From Longimicrobiales bacterium (GTDB taxonomy: Bacteria; Gemmatimonadota; Gemmatimonadetes; Longimicrobiales; Gaopeijiaceae): a stretch of 64,000 nucleotides of DNA. The position numbers and the translations under genes are program-made. Shown here one piece after another: positions 42,479 through 51,455 of this stretch. How positions within the stretch are numbered: the first letter of the stretch is position 1; the number at the start of each line of letters is the position of its first letter. The stretch is from NCBI GenBank assembly GCA_965249725.1, contig CBDFMQ010000002.1, positions 416,001 through 480,000 of the forward strand, in the 5' to 3' direction. The notes under the pieces were generated by a model that saw nothing but the letters and a program-made list of their open reading frames with translations, ran no database searches and was not told the origin of the DNA.

Positions 42479-43254
42479 TCGACCCTTTGATCATCGCTGT
42501 GATCGCCGGAGCCTTCGGGCTCCTCATCGGATCGTTCTTGAACGTGTGCACCCTGCGCTGGCCGCAGGACGAATCCGTGGTCTTCCCGGGCTCACACTGC
42601 ACGTCGTGCGGCGCCGACATCCACTGGTACGACAACATCCCGGTTTTGAGCTACCTGATTCTGAAGGGACGTTGTCGCGCCTGTAAGGAGTCCTATTCCG
42701 TCCAGTATCCGTTGGTCGAACTCACCACCGCTCTCGTGTGGGCCGGCGTGTTCGCCTACGGAGGACTCTCGGGCGAGGCATTCCGCGGTGCGGTCTTCCT
42801 GACGATGCTCTTCGGGATCTCACTGAGCGATGCCCGCTTCTACATCATCCCGGATCAGTTCTCGCTGGGTGGATTGGTGGTCGGACTCGGACTCGCGTTC
42901 GTGCCGGGCGGGCTGACGTGGCTCGAAGCGCTTCTCGGGGCCGTGGTGGGGTTCGCCCTGCTCCGGGGCGTGGCCGTGGCGGGGAAGTGGATGTTCAAGA
43001 AGGACGCCATGGGCGGCGGCGACGTGAAGATGATGGCGATGATCGGAGCGTTCCTGGGATGGCCGGGGGTGCTTCTGACCATCTTCCTGGGATCGCTCCT
43101 GGGCTCGGTGATCTTCGGGCCCATTTCGTGGAAGACCGGGAAGCTCGTGCCCTTCGGGATCTTCCTGGCGGCGGGCGCCGCGGTGACCTACGGGTGGGGG
43201 GACCTGATCATCGGGTGGTATGTGACGTCGGTGCTGAAGATGCCGGCGCCGTAG
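42475..43254 (+). CDS. pilD: Prepilin peptidase/N-methyltransferase
   Basis: GSFLNV, two CxxC motifs, NIPVLSY, MGGGDVK, PFG. Confidence 0.93.
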   Translation: MIDPLIIAVIAGAFGLLIGSFLNVCTLRWPQDESVVFPGSHCTSCGADIHWYDNIPVLSYLILKGRCRACKESYSVQYPLVELTTALVWAGVFAYGGLSGEAFRGAVFLTMLFGISLSDARFYIIPDQFSLGGLVVGLGLAFVPGGLTWLEALLGAVVGFALLRGVAVAGKWMFKKDAMGGGDVKMMAMIGAFLGWPGVLLTIFLGSLLGSVIFGPISWKTGKLVPFGIFLAAGAAVTYGWGDLIIGWYVTSVLKMPAP

Positions 43255-43302
43255 GGGGACGCCCCCGAACTGCGTCGCCCGACCCAGGGCGACGGCCGAT
43301 GC

Positions 43303-43620
43303 TCACCTCGGACCGAACGAACGTCCTTCCAGGCGGTCGATTCGTTCGCCGTTCGCTGTGACCCCCTCGGCCACGGCACGCAGGTCGTAGCTCAGCTGTT
43401 CTTGGCCCACCTCGACGCGGGTCAGTGCCCCCTCGACACGGGTCAGTCCCCCCTCGACGCGGGTCAGTCGCCCCTCGACGCGAGTCAGTCCCCCCTCGAC
43501 GCCGTCCAACCGACCACCGTGCTCCTCGTACACCCGGCCAATCATCTCGTAGTTTCGCGCGATCCCCTTCGCGTTCCCCTGAATCAGGGATTTCAGCTCT
43601 TGGAATTGCTGATTGGTCAT
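43303..43620 (-). CDS. Small coiled-coil protein with heptad repeats
   Basis: (LTRVEGx)x4 in frame; ATG at 43620. Confidence 0.65.
   Translation of the reverse strand: MTNQQFQELKSLIQGNAKGIARNYEMIGRVYEEHGGRLDGVEGGLTRVEGRLTRVEGGLTRVEGALTRVEVGQEQLSYDLRAVAEGVTANGERIDRLEGRSFGPR
43410..43501. repeat. 21-bp tandem repeat, about 4.4 copies
   Basis: CCTCGACGCGGGTCAGTCCCC-like units. Confidence 0.9.
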
Positions 43621-43700
43621 CGGTAGCCCGGTGCCCGCAGGATGCAAGAGCGAAATCTACGCAACGGGATTGAGCTGGAACATGTCTGGGTGGGACGGCA

Positions 43701-43808
43701 TCACTCCGGCACCAACCGCTTGGTGGCCATGCCGCCCTCGCCGAGCTCACGCTCGATGGTGTAGCGGCCCCCAAGGGCGGCGTTCAGGCGGGTGACGGGA
43801 CCGGACAT
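43701..43808 (-). pseudogene. 35-codon receptor-kinase remnant (family N-terminus fused to a C-terminal-like tail)
   Basis: MSGPVTRLNAALGGRYTIERELGEGGMAT|KRLVPE*. Confidence 0.75.
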
Positions 43809-44322
43809 CAGTTGCCATGCGCTGGCGAAGCTCCTCGGCGAGTGCGATCCCGAAGTCGGCGACGAGTGGCTCACCCTGTGCACTCAGGAGGATGTTGGCC
43901 GGCTTGATGTCGCGGTGGACCACGCCGTTCTGATGTGCGTAGTCGAGTGCGCCCGCCACCTTCTGCGTGATCGCCAGGGCGTCGTCCACGCCGAGTTGTT
44001 TCTTGCGGTCGATGCGATCCCTGAGGGACTCCCCTTGCACGTGGGGCATGACGTAGAACAGGAACGAGTCAGCCTCGCCGGAATCGAACAGCGGCAGGAT
44101 GTGCGGGTGCTGGAGGTTGGCGGTGGTCTCGATCTCAGCCAGGAAGCGTTCGGCACCCACGACCGCGGCCAACTCGGGCTTGAGGACCTTGAGCGCGACG
44201 TTGCGGTTGTGCTTCAGGTCCGTGGCGAGATAGACGGTGGCCATGCCGCCCTCGCCCAGCTCGCGCTCTATGGAATAACGGCCTTCGAGGGCTGCGTTCA
44301 GGCGGGTGACGGGATCAGGCAT
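43808..44322 (-). pseudogene. Internally deleted receptor Ser/Thr kinase
   Basis: Kinase subdomains I-VII up to DFGIALA join directly to EELRQRM; subdomains VIII-XI are absent. Confidence 0.85.
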
Positions 44323-44385
44323 GGCCGCAAGATGCGCTTAGGGTGCGAATACCCACAAGGCTGGCGCCAGGGCTCGCACCACCGA

Positions 44386-44700
44386 CTACCGGTCCAAGCG
44401 GCCCCAACGGTCGAAGTCTCGTCGTTGGTGCAGCACGCCGAGAATCACGACGTTGAGCTCGGCGACTTGGTACAGGAGTCGGTAGGGACCGACGAGGAGT
44501 TCTCGGACCATCGGGTCGTCCCGCTCGGGCACGACACGCCCCCGCTCAGACGCGGATCGAAGAGAGTGCGCGGAGTCGAGGATGTCCTCGAGTAGGCGGC
44601 CGGCGCCCTCGAGCGATTCGTCTGCAATGAAGGCTATGGCGGCGTCAAGCTCTCGACGTGCTCCCTCGGTCCAGACTACCCCGCGGTGCCCAGGGCCCAT
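44386..44700 (-). CDS. RelE/ParE-family toxin
   Basis: VVWTEGARRELD..GRVVPE..RELLVGPYRLLY..ILGVLHQRRD. Confidence 0.88.
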   Translation of the reverse strand: MGPGHRGVVWTEGARRELDAAIAFIADESLEGAGRLLEDILDSAHSLRSASERGRVVPERDDPMVRELLVGPYRLLYQVAELNVVILGVLHQRRDFDRWGRLDR

Positions 44701-44873
44701 CTCCGCCGGAGTTCGTCGGCAACCTGCTCATGGGGAATGGTCCTGCCCGCATCCGCGTCCGCCAGGCCTCGGTCCACGGTTTGTAGCACATAAAGATGGT
44801 AGAGCACCTCGTCGAGGGAGCAGTCGTCCGGTAAGCGGTCCAGCACCTCCTGGACCCTTTCCTTTGTAGTCAT
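44676..44873 (-). CDS. Putative antitoxin of the ParE-type toxin
   Basis: LPDDCSLDEVLYHLYV..GLADADAGRTIPHE; SD GGAGG; overlaps the toxin. Confidence 0.8.
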   Translation of the reverse strand: MTTKERVQEVLDRLPDDCSLDEVLYHLYVLQTVDRGLADADAGRTIPHEQVADELRRRWALGTAG

Positions 44874-45008
44874 GCAACCTCCTCGATTCTCGTCTGTTGG
44901 GGCGCAGACGGCCATACACGAAAGATAGGCTCGGGGTCGATCGGCGCCATGACCCTCTGGGACTGAGAGCGAAGGTCCCTCATTGTGGGACCGTTCAGTC
45001 TCGGTTCA

Positions 45009-45042
45009 TGGACATCGTGATGCGATGATGCTATGATGCGTC
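45009..45042 (+). promoter_or_regulatory. Sigma70-like leaderless promoter with GATG operator-like repeats
   Basis: TGGACA-17 bp-TATGAT with extended TG, 5 nt before the ATG at 45043. Confidence 0.6.
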
Positions 45043-45267
45043 ATGCGAACGACGCTGAACCTGGAAGACGACCTGCTCCGCGCCGTACGCTCCCTCGCCA
45101 GGGAGCGGGATGAGAGCCTCGGAACGGTGGTTTCGTCGCTCCTACGGCGGGCTCTCAGGCCGGAGCCCGAGCTGGGCTACGAGCAGGACGTGCCGGTCTT
45201 CATGGTCAGAGAGAACGCGCCGCCGATCACCCCCGAGATGGTGGAGTGGGCGCTGGAGGACCTCTGA
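45043..45267 (+). CDS. VapB-type antitoxin
   Basis: MRTTLNLEDDLL..SLG.VVS.LLRRAL. Confidence 0.85.
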   Translation: MRTTLNLEDDLLRAVRSLARERDESLGTVVSSLLRRALRPEPELGYEQDVPVFMVRENAPPITPEMVEWALEDL

Positions 45268-45692
45268 CTACCCTCTTGGACGTCAACGTCCTCGTGGCAC
45301 TGGCCTGGCCGAACCATATCCACCATCGCCGTGCAGTCGCCTGGTTTGTCGAGGCACGGTCCGAGGGGTGGGCCACATGCCCCACCACCGAGTCTGGATT
45401 CGTGCGGGTGTCCTCGAATACGCGCGCGATTCCTGATGCGCGCACGCCCGGCGAAGCGATTGGACTCCTGACGCAGCTCAGAGGATCAGGTCAGCACGAC
45501 TTCTGGGAGGATACGGTAACGCTCACCGCCGACCCCTTCGACATTTTCGCTCGCGTGGTGGGGCATCGGCAGGTGACGGACTCGCATCTGCTCACGCTTG
45601 CACTCCATCAGGGCGGATGCTTCGCGACGTTCGATCGGGCGCTACATGAGCTGGCGGGATCTCACCGAGAGAGCGTCTTGTTGATCGACTGA
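45264..45692 (+). CDS. VapC PIN-domain toxin
   Basis: LLDVNVLVAL, TESGFVR, QVTDSHL, ATFDR; probable CTG start overlapping the vapB stop. Confidence 0.88.
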   Translation: MTTLLDVNVLVALAWPNHIHHRRAVAWFVEARSEGWATCPTTESGFVRVSSNTRAIPDARTPGEAIGLLTQLRGSGQHDFWEDTVTLTADPFDIFARVVGHRQVTDSHLLTLALHQGGCFATFDRALHELAGSHRESVLLID

Positions 45693-45709
45693 AGGACGCG
45701 CCTGACCGT

Positions 45710-46339
45710 CTACGGATCCGAGCAGTCCCGCTGATACCCGCAGTCCAGACACACGATCTTGCAGTGCCGCTCTAGGACCGGCCCCCCACACAGCTCGCAG
45801 CGGGCGACATCAGGCTGCCCCACCCCCTGCGCCAGATACTCGCGGGACAGCTCGATGTAGTGCCGCCCGCCTTTGGCGAGCCAGGGCGCTGAATCATCGA
45901 GGGTCTTCTTCACGACGCCCGGAGCGCCTACCACCAGGCTCCGGTCCGGAACCTCCGCGCCCTCCAGGATCACCGCGTTCGCGCCGATCACACACTCGAC
46001 ACCGATCCGGGCCTCCTGGAGAATCACCGCGTTCATGCCGACGACGGTGCGATCCCCGATCTCACAGCTCTCGAACTTGGCGCCGTGCCCGACGGTGACC
46101 TGCTCACCGATCACGGTGGGGCGCCAGTCTCCCACGTGCACTACGCAGTTGTCCTGCACGCTGCTGCCCGCCCCGACCACGATCCCGTTGTCGGGGTCGT
46201 CACCACGCAGCACGGCTCCAAACCAGATGCTGGCCTCTTCGCCGACGGTCACGTCTCCGATCAGCACCGCGTTGGGTGCGACGAACGCGGACTCGGCGAT
46301 GCGGGGTCGCTTTCCGTTAAACGGCAGGATGATGGCCAT
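45710..46339 (-). CDS. Gamma-carbonic-anhydrase-family protein with C-terminal Cys-rich zinc ribbon
   Basis: IGDV, VLRGD, VQDNCVVH, TVGH hexapeptide repeats; CELC..HCKIVCLDCG..DC. Confidence 0.9.
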   Translation of the reverse strand: MAIILPFNGKRPRIAESAFVAPNAVLIGDVTVGEEASIWFGAVLRGDDPDNGIVVGAGSSVQDNCVVHVGDWRPTVIGEQVTVGHGAKFESCEIGDRTVVGMNAVILQEARIGVECVIGANAVILEGAEVPDRSLVVGAPGVVKKTLDDSAPWLAKGGRHYIELSREYLAQGVGQPDVARCELCGGPVLERHCKIVCLDCGYQRDCSDP

Positions 46340-46345
46340 CAGGGC

Positions 46346-47602
46346 TTACTCGAGTTCGTCTCGACCGGTCGAGGAGAGCTTGGTGAGGCGCGCTCGCATC
46401 ACTTGGGTGTCCGAAGCTTCCAAGATCTCGATGCGGACTCCGGCGCGGTCCAGCGTCTCCCCGGCCTCGGGCACCTGACCCAGCTCCTCAAGGATGAATC
46501 CGTTCAAGGAGCGGTGCTCCAGCTGGGGAAGGGTGACGTTGAACGCGTGGTTGATCTCCCGCACGTCCATGCCGCCGGGTGCTTCGACCTCGGTCCGCGA
46601 CATTCGCAGCAGGACCTCTTCGTCCACGTCGGTCTCGTCGACGATCTCTCCGACCAGCTCCTCTAGGATGTCCTCGAGGGTGGCGAGTCCGTCCGTCCCC
46701 CCGAATTCGTCCGCGACGATGCCCATGTGGATTCGACGCGACTGAAACTGGCCGAGAAGCTGCGTCAGCGGCAGTGAGCCCGGCACGAAGAGCGGTTCCC
46801 GCGACAGCTGGTCCAGGGTCATCGAGGTGCGGCCGGCCACGTAGTTCTCGTAGGCCTCACGCACGTAGAGGATGCCGGAGATGTCGTCGGTGGTCTCCTT
46901 GTAGACCGGAACCCTGGAGTACGGGACGGTAGCGATCTCACCGATGATCTCCTCGAGGGTGAGTGAGTCCTTCCAGGCGAAGATATCCACCCTCGGGGTC
47001 ATGACGTCCCATGTCGTCAGCTCGTCCAGCCGGAAGGCTCTCTCCACGAGGAGGTGCTCTTCCACTCCCACCAGTCCCGCTTCCTGGCCTAGCTCCGCGA
47101 TCTCCCGGACGGCCCGCTCTTCATCGGTCGAGTCGTCGTCTCCGTTTCGCCGCACGAGGAATCCGGATATGCGCCCGAAGGGGCCCGCCACCAATCCCAC
47201 GGTCCTCTCGATCGAGATGAGCAGGGGTGCCGCACCGAGGGCCAAGCGCAGAGGTCGGATGGTCGCCAAGAAGCGGGGGATGCTCTGCCCCATGACCAGG
47301 ACGACCCCACCGCCGATCAGCAGACCGAGGACTCCCCCCGTGGTTCCCCTCAGCAGTGTGCCCAGGATAACCGAGATACCCACGGCACATGCGTTGAATA
47401 AGGTGGTGAGAAGGAGCAGTGATGTCCGAACGGTCCCCGGCCGGCTTCTCAGGTCCGCGAGGGCTTCGGCTCCTCGGAAGCCCTCTTCTTCCAACGTCCG
47501 CAGGCGCGACGAGCCGACGGCGAAGGCCGCTGCATCGGCGGCGGTGAGAATCGCCGAAAGCAGGACCGAGACGACGGCCGCAGCCAACAGCAGCCAGATC
47601 AC
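46346..47602 (-). CDS. Hemolysin-family CNNM/CBS/CorC membrane protein
   Basis: N-terminal TM helices; VMTPRVD, YSRVPVY, DEFGGTDG..EDILEELVGEI.DE. Confidence 0.92.
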   Translation of the reverse strand: MIWLLLAAAVVSVLLSAILTAADAAAFAVGSSRLRTLEEEGFRGAEALADLRSRPGTVRTSLLLLTTLFNACAVGISVILGTLLRGTTGGVLGLLIGGGVVLVMGQSIPRFLATIRPLRLALGAAPLLISIERTVGLVAGPFGRISGFLVRRNGDDDSTDEERAVREIAELGQEAGLVGVEEHLLVERAFRLDELTTWDVMTPRVDIFAWKDSLTLEEIIGEIATVPYSRVPVYKETTDDISGILYVREAYENYVAGRTSMTLDQLSREPLFVPGSLPLTQLLGQFQSRRIHMGIVADEFGGTDGLATLEDILEELVGEIVDETDVDEEVLLRMSRTEVEAPGGMDVREINHAFNVTLPQLEHRSLNGFILEELGQVPEAGETLDRAGVRIEILEASDTQVMRARLTKLSSTGRDELE

Positions 47603-47651
47603 TTTGTTCCCCAGAGACTCGGCGGGCGATCGCCCGCCTGGCTACTCGGAC

Positions 47652-48671
47652 CTACGTCCATTCGTTGGTTCCCTGCAGGAGCTCGGCGATCACGTCCCGG
47701 GTCACCCTTCCGTCCGCTTCGGCCTCGAAGTTGAGCACGATGCGGTGCGCCAGCACGGCGGGTGCGACAGCCAGGATGTCGTCGTAGGACGGGATCGGGT
47801 CACCGCGGAACGCGGCACGCGCCTTCGCACCCAGGACGAGGTACTGCGAGGCGCGAGGGCCGGCACCCCAACTCACGTAGCGATCCGCCACCGCCGCCGT
47901 CTCATCCAGACCGGGTCGGGTGGAGCGCGCCAGGTGCACCGCGAACGACACGAGCGAAGGAGAGGCCGGAACCCTTCGCACGAGATGCTGCAGCTCGATG
48001 AGCTCCTCCGCAGCGAGGACGGGCTGAATCTGAGGATTCTCCTCGCCGGTCGTCCTCATGGCGATCTCTTCTTCTTCGCTCTTGGACGGATACCCGATCG
48101 GCAGCTCGAGCATGAAGCGGTCGAGCTGGGCCTCGGGCAGGGGGTAGGTGCCCTCCTGCTCGATGGGGTTCTGCGTCGCCAGCACGAAAAACGGGGCTTC
48201 GAGGTCGTAGGTTTGTCCGGCGGCCGTTACCTCGCGCTCCTGCATGGCCTGGAGGAGCGCGGCTTGAGTCTTCGGTGGGGTCCTGTTGATCTCGTCGGCC
48301 AGCACCACGTTCGCGAAGATCGGCCCGCGGACGAATCGGAATACGCGGCGTCCCGTGGAGCGATCCTCCTCGATGACCTCGGTGCCGGTGATGTCCGTGG
48401 GCATAAGGTCGGGGGTGAACTGAATGCGGCTGAAGTCCAGGTCGAGCGCCTCGGCCAGCGTGGAGATCAACAGAGTCTTCGCCAGGCCGGGGACCCCCAC
48501 CAGCAACACGTGTCCGTTGGCCAGAAGAGCGATGAGCAGTTCCTCGACTACCTCGTGCTGGCCGACGATCTGCTTTTCGATCTCGGAGCGGAGCTCCTGG
48601 GAAACCTGTGCCACGCGCCGGAGGAGCTCGAGGTCCCGATCCTGAACAACGGTTTCTGTCGATGACGTCAT
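47652..48671 (-). CDS. MoxR-family AAA+ ATPase
   Basis: GVPGLAKT, RIQFTPDLMP, DEINR, ATQNPIEQEGTYPLPEAQLDRF. Confidence 0.95.
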   Translation of the reverse strand: MTSSTETVVQDRDLELLRRVAQVSQELRSEIEKQIVGQHEVVEELLIALLANGHVLLVGVPGLAKTLLISTLAEALDLDFSRIQFTPDLMPTDITGTEVIEEDRSTGRRVFRFVRGPIFANVVLADEINRTPPKTQAALLQAMQEREVTAAGQTYDLEAPFFVLATQNPIEQEGTYPLPEAQLDRFMLELPIGYPSKSEEEEIAMRTTGEENPQIQPVLAAEELIELQHLVRRVPASPSLVSFAVHLARSTRPGLDETAAVADRYVSWGAGPRASQYLVLGAKARAAFRGDPIPSYDDILAVAPAVLAHRIVLNFEAEADGRVTRDVIAELLQGTNEWT

Positions 48672-48933
48672 CAGTTCGCTTTCCGCGTCCTGCTGAAGGG
48701 GTAGAGCCGCGCGGCGGGCGTGGCCTGGCATGGCGGCCACGCAGGGTACACGCCACCTGTTCCGAGAGGTCCCGAGCCGGGATCACTCACAGGGGGCGTC
48801 GGACGACCACGTCGAGCCGATTGGAGCCTGCTTTTCACACTGCCTTTCACGTCGCGAAGTTGTCGGACCCGCGGTTCCCAGTCAAGCGCGCCGGATTGCC
48901 TGAAATGCCTCTTCCTCAGGGCCAAAGCGGCGC

Positions 48934-48962
48934 TTGCGCTTTTTTTCACAAGCTTCTAAATT
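48934..48962 (+). promoter_or_regulatory. Putative sigma70 promoter of the atp operon
   Basis: TTGCGC-17 bp-TAAATT in an AT-rich patch. Confidence 0.55.
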
Positions 48963-48998
48963 TCGCTGGCTTTGGGCAACCGACCGGAGTTCCCGCCA

Positions 48999-49268
48999 AT
49001 GCAGAGGTCAGGAAATCCGAGCGGAGACCAGCGGAAGGACATGGTCCGCACCTCGTCCCAGTACATGGGACACGGGATGGCTTTGGCCGCGTCGGTAGCG
49101 CTCTTCGGGTGGGTCGGATCCGAGATTGGAGAGAGGGTCGGATACGAGTCACTGCTGACGCTCCTCGGGATGCTCTTGGGGGGTGCGGCCGCGTTCTACA
49201 ATCTCTATGTCCAGTTGGTGATACGTCCACGACAGGAACAGGACCGCGAGGAGAGTGAGACGGATTGA
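48999..49268 (+). CDS. AtpZ/AtpI-family protein
   Basis: Two TM segments; first gene of the atp operon. Confidence 0.75.
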   Translation: MQRSGNPSGDQRKDMVRTSSQYMGHGMALAASVALFGWVGSEIGERVGYESLLTLLGMLLGGAAAFYNLYVQLVIRPRQEQDREESETD

Positions 49269-49642
49269 GTGGCCTTGGCAGGTACGCTTTGATCGCGCTC
49301 TTGATAGTCGGTTTGGGAGCGGCGGCGCTCGCCGCGTTTCTGGATGACGCCGGCAGAAGAGGGATTCTCCTGGCGGCGTTGATCGCTTACCCTGTCCAGG
49401 TCATGGCCTTCGGGTTGCTGCTTCGCGCGCGAGGCGAGCAGACCCGATTCATGGTGTGGTGGGGAGCCGGAATCGCGCTCCGCGTGGCGGTCGTCGTGGC
49501 GGTGGGCTTTGCCTCCGCGACGCTCGCGTCGGTCGACCCGGCCGCGTTGTTGCTGTCGCTGGTGGGATTCTTCTTCGTCTTGTTGTTGATAGAACCGGCC
49601 TTTCTGAAGGCCGACACTAAGGACGCACGGACGACAACATGA
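49265..49642 (+). CDS. ATP synthase protein I-like membrane protein
   Basis: Four TM segments; directly upstream of atpB. Confidence 0.7.
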   Translation: MSGLGRYALIALLIVGLGAAALAAFLDDAGRRGILLAALIAYPVQVMAFGLLLRARGEQTRFMVWWGAGIALRVAVVVAVGFASATLASVDPAALLLSLVGFFFVLLLIEPAFLKADTKDARTTT

Positions 49643-50577
49643 GTCTATTCGGAGCTCTGCAGGAGCACGCCGAGGGTGGGGCCCAGGAGGCCGCCCAAGA
49701 GGCCGCTCACGGCGCTGAGGCCGCACATGGAGCCGAAGCTCTTACCATGGAAGGGCTGCCCGACTTCATCTCGCACCACATCGGCGACGCGAAGGAAATC
49801 GAGTTCGCCGGTGGGCACTGGAGCCTGGAAGCGCTGAGCATCGACCCCATCCATTTGGGATCCGTGGCCATCGATCTGTCCCCGACACGCCAGTTGGTGG
49901 TGATGCTGCTCGTCGCCGTCCTGCTCCCGTTGATCTTCATCCCGGTCGCCAGGATCATCCGGTCTAAGGGAGTGGAGAAGGCCCCCAGCGGGTTCGCCAA
50001 CTCCATGGAAGCGATGATCCTCTACTTCCGTGACGAAGTGGTGCGGACGAACATCGGGCACGGTGCGGACGCGTTCACGCCGTTCATCCTGACGCTGTTC
50101 TTCTTCATCCTCGGCATGAACCTGATCGGGCTTACGCCTTTGGGCATCACACCTACGGCGAACGTCTCCGTGACTGCCGCGCTGGCCGTCATCAGCTTCA
50201 TCGTCATCGAAGTCTCGGGATTTCGGGCTCTGGGCCCCGCAGGGTACGCCAAGACGATCTTCTTCATGCCGCCGGGTGTTCCGGTGTTCATGAAGCCCTT
50301 CATACTCGTCGTCCTCACGATAGTCGAGGCCCTCGGTAAGCTGGCCAAGCCGTTCGCGTTGGCCGTGCGTCTCCTCGCCAACATGACAGCCGGTCACACG
50401 CTGATCCTTGCCATCATGGGCATGATCTTCGTGCTCCAGAGCTACCTCATGGGCGTCACCGCGGTCGGCATGGCCAGCGCTCTCATGATTCTCGAGTTGT
50501 TCATCGCCTTCTTGCAGGCCTACATCTTCACGATGCTCACGTCCGTCTTCATCGGGCTCATCCGTCACGCTCACTAG
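49639..50577 (+). CDS. atpB: ATP synthase F0 subunit a
   Basis: KPFALAVRLLANMTAGH, LQAYIF. Confidence 0.96.
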   Translation: MSLFGALQEHAEGGAQEAAQEAAHGAEAAHGAEALTMEGLPDFISHHIGDAKEIEFAGGHWSLEALSIDPIHLGSVAIDLSPTRQLVVMLLVAVLLPLIFIPVARIIRSKGVEKAPSGFANSMEAMILYFRDEVVRTNIGHGADAFTPFILTLFFFILGMNLIGLTPLGITPTANVSVTAALAVISFIVIEVSGFRALGPAGYAKTIFFMPPGVPVFMKPFILVVLTIVEALGKLAKPFALAVRLLANMTAGHTLILAIMGMIFVLQSYLMGVTAVGMASALMILELFIAFLQAYIFTMLTSVFIGLIRHAH

Positions 50578-50599
50578 TCACCATCACAAAGGACGAAAG

Positions 50600-50854
50600 A
50601 TGCACTTCTTGCTTATCGCTGTTCAGGAAGCCGTGGGCGGAGGGGGCAATGCCCTCATCGGTGCCGGACTGGCCATCGGCGGCGCCGCCATCGGTGCCGG
50701 ACTCGGAATCGGTCCCATCGGTGCCGCTGCGGCGTCGGGGATCGCCCGTCAGCCGGAAGTCGGGGCGCAGATCCAGACGGCGGCGATCATCTTCGCGGCC
50801 CTCATCGAGGGCGTCGCGCTCTTCGGTCTCGGCCTCGCGTTCGTAATGTTCTAG
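50600..50854 (+). CDS. atpE: ATP synthase F0 subunit c
   Basis: Gly-rich helix, RQPE loop, ALIEG carboxylate. Confidence 0.96.
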   Translation: MHFLLIAVQEAVGGGGNALIGAGLAIGGAAIGAGLGIGPIGAAAASGIARQPEVGAQIQTAAIIFAALIEGVALFGLGLAFVMF

Positions 50855-50951
50855 CTGCGGCTCCGCCCCGTCCCTGCGGGATACCTCGCGGGGGTAGGGT
50901 CTGGTGTCTCATGAGAGCGTTGCAGAACTCGAAGAGCCATAAGGAGTCGGC

Positions 50952-51455
50952 ATGTTCGACCTGAACCTCGGACTTTCAGTCTGGACCACCTTCGTCTTCC
51001 TCGCGTTGCTCGGCATCCTGTGGAAGTACGCCTGGGGACCGGTACTCGCCGCGGTCGACGCGCGGGAGAGCGGCATCCAGGACACGCTGGACAAGGCGAC
51101 CAACGAGAGGGAAGAGGCCGCCAAGCTGCTCGCCGCGCACCGGCAGCAGATGGCCGAGGCTCGCCGCCAGGCGCAGCAGCAGATCGCCGAGGGCAAAGAG
51201 GCGGGCGAAAGGGTTCGGCAGGACATCGAAGAGAAAGCCAGGTCCGAAGGCCAGGCCCTCATCGAGCGTGCCCGGGAGTCCATAGAACGTGAGAAGGACT
51301 TGGCGCTCGAAGCACTCCGAAAGGAGTCCGTCGACCTGGCCCTGGCGGCTGCGGCCAAGCTCATGCACGAGAACTTCGATGCGGACAAGGATCGTGAATT
51401 GGTAATGGGCTACATCGATGACCTCAGCGATCGAGGCGAGGGAGCCCAGGCGTGA
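50952..51455 (+). CDS. atpF: ATP synthase F0 subunit b
   Basis: N-terminal TM, WGP, long charged coiled coil. Confidence 0.95.
   Translation: MFDLNLGLSVWTTFVFLALLGILWKYAWGPVLAAVDARESGIQDTLDKATNEREEAAKLLAAHRQQMAEARRQAQQQIAEGKEAGERVRQDIEEKARSEGQALIERARESIEREKDLALEALRKESVDLALAAAAKLMHENFDADKDRELVMGYIDDLSDRGEGAQA

Noticed and set aside
43410..43501. CRISPR array
   Set aside because: The 21-bp units are head-to-tail with no spacers, lie in frame within an ORF, and no cas genes are present
46944..48665. 573-aa plus-strand ORF and other long antisense ORFs (e.g. 7292-8569, 2992-4104, 54562-55656)
   Set aside because: Shadow ORFs opposite well-supported genes in high-GC DNA, with no recognisable motifs
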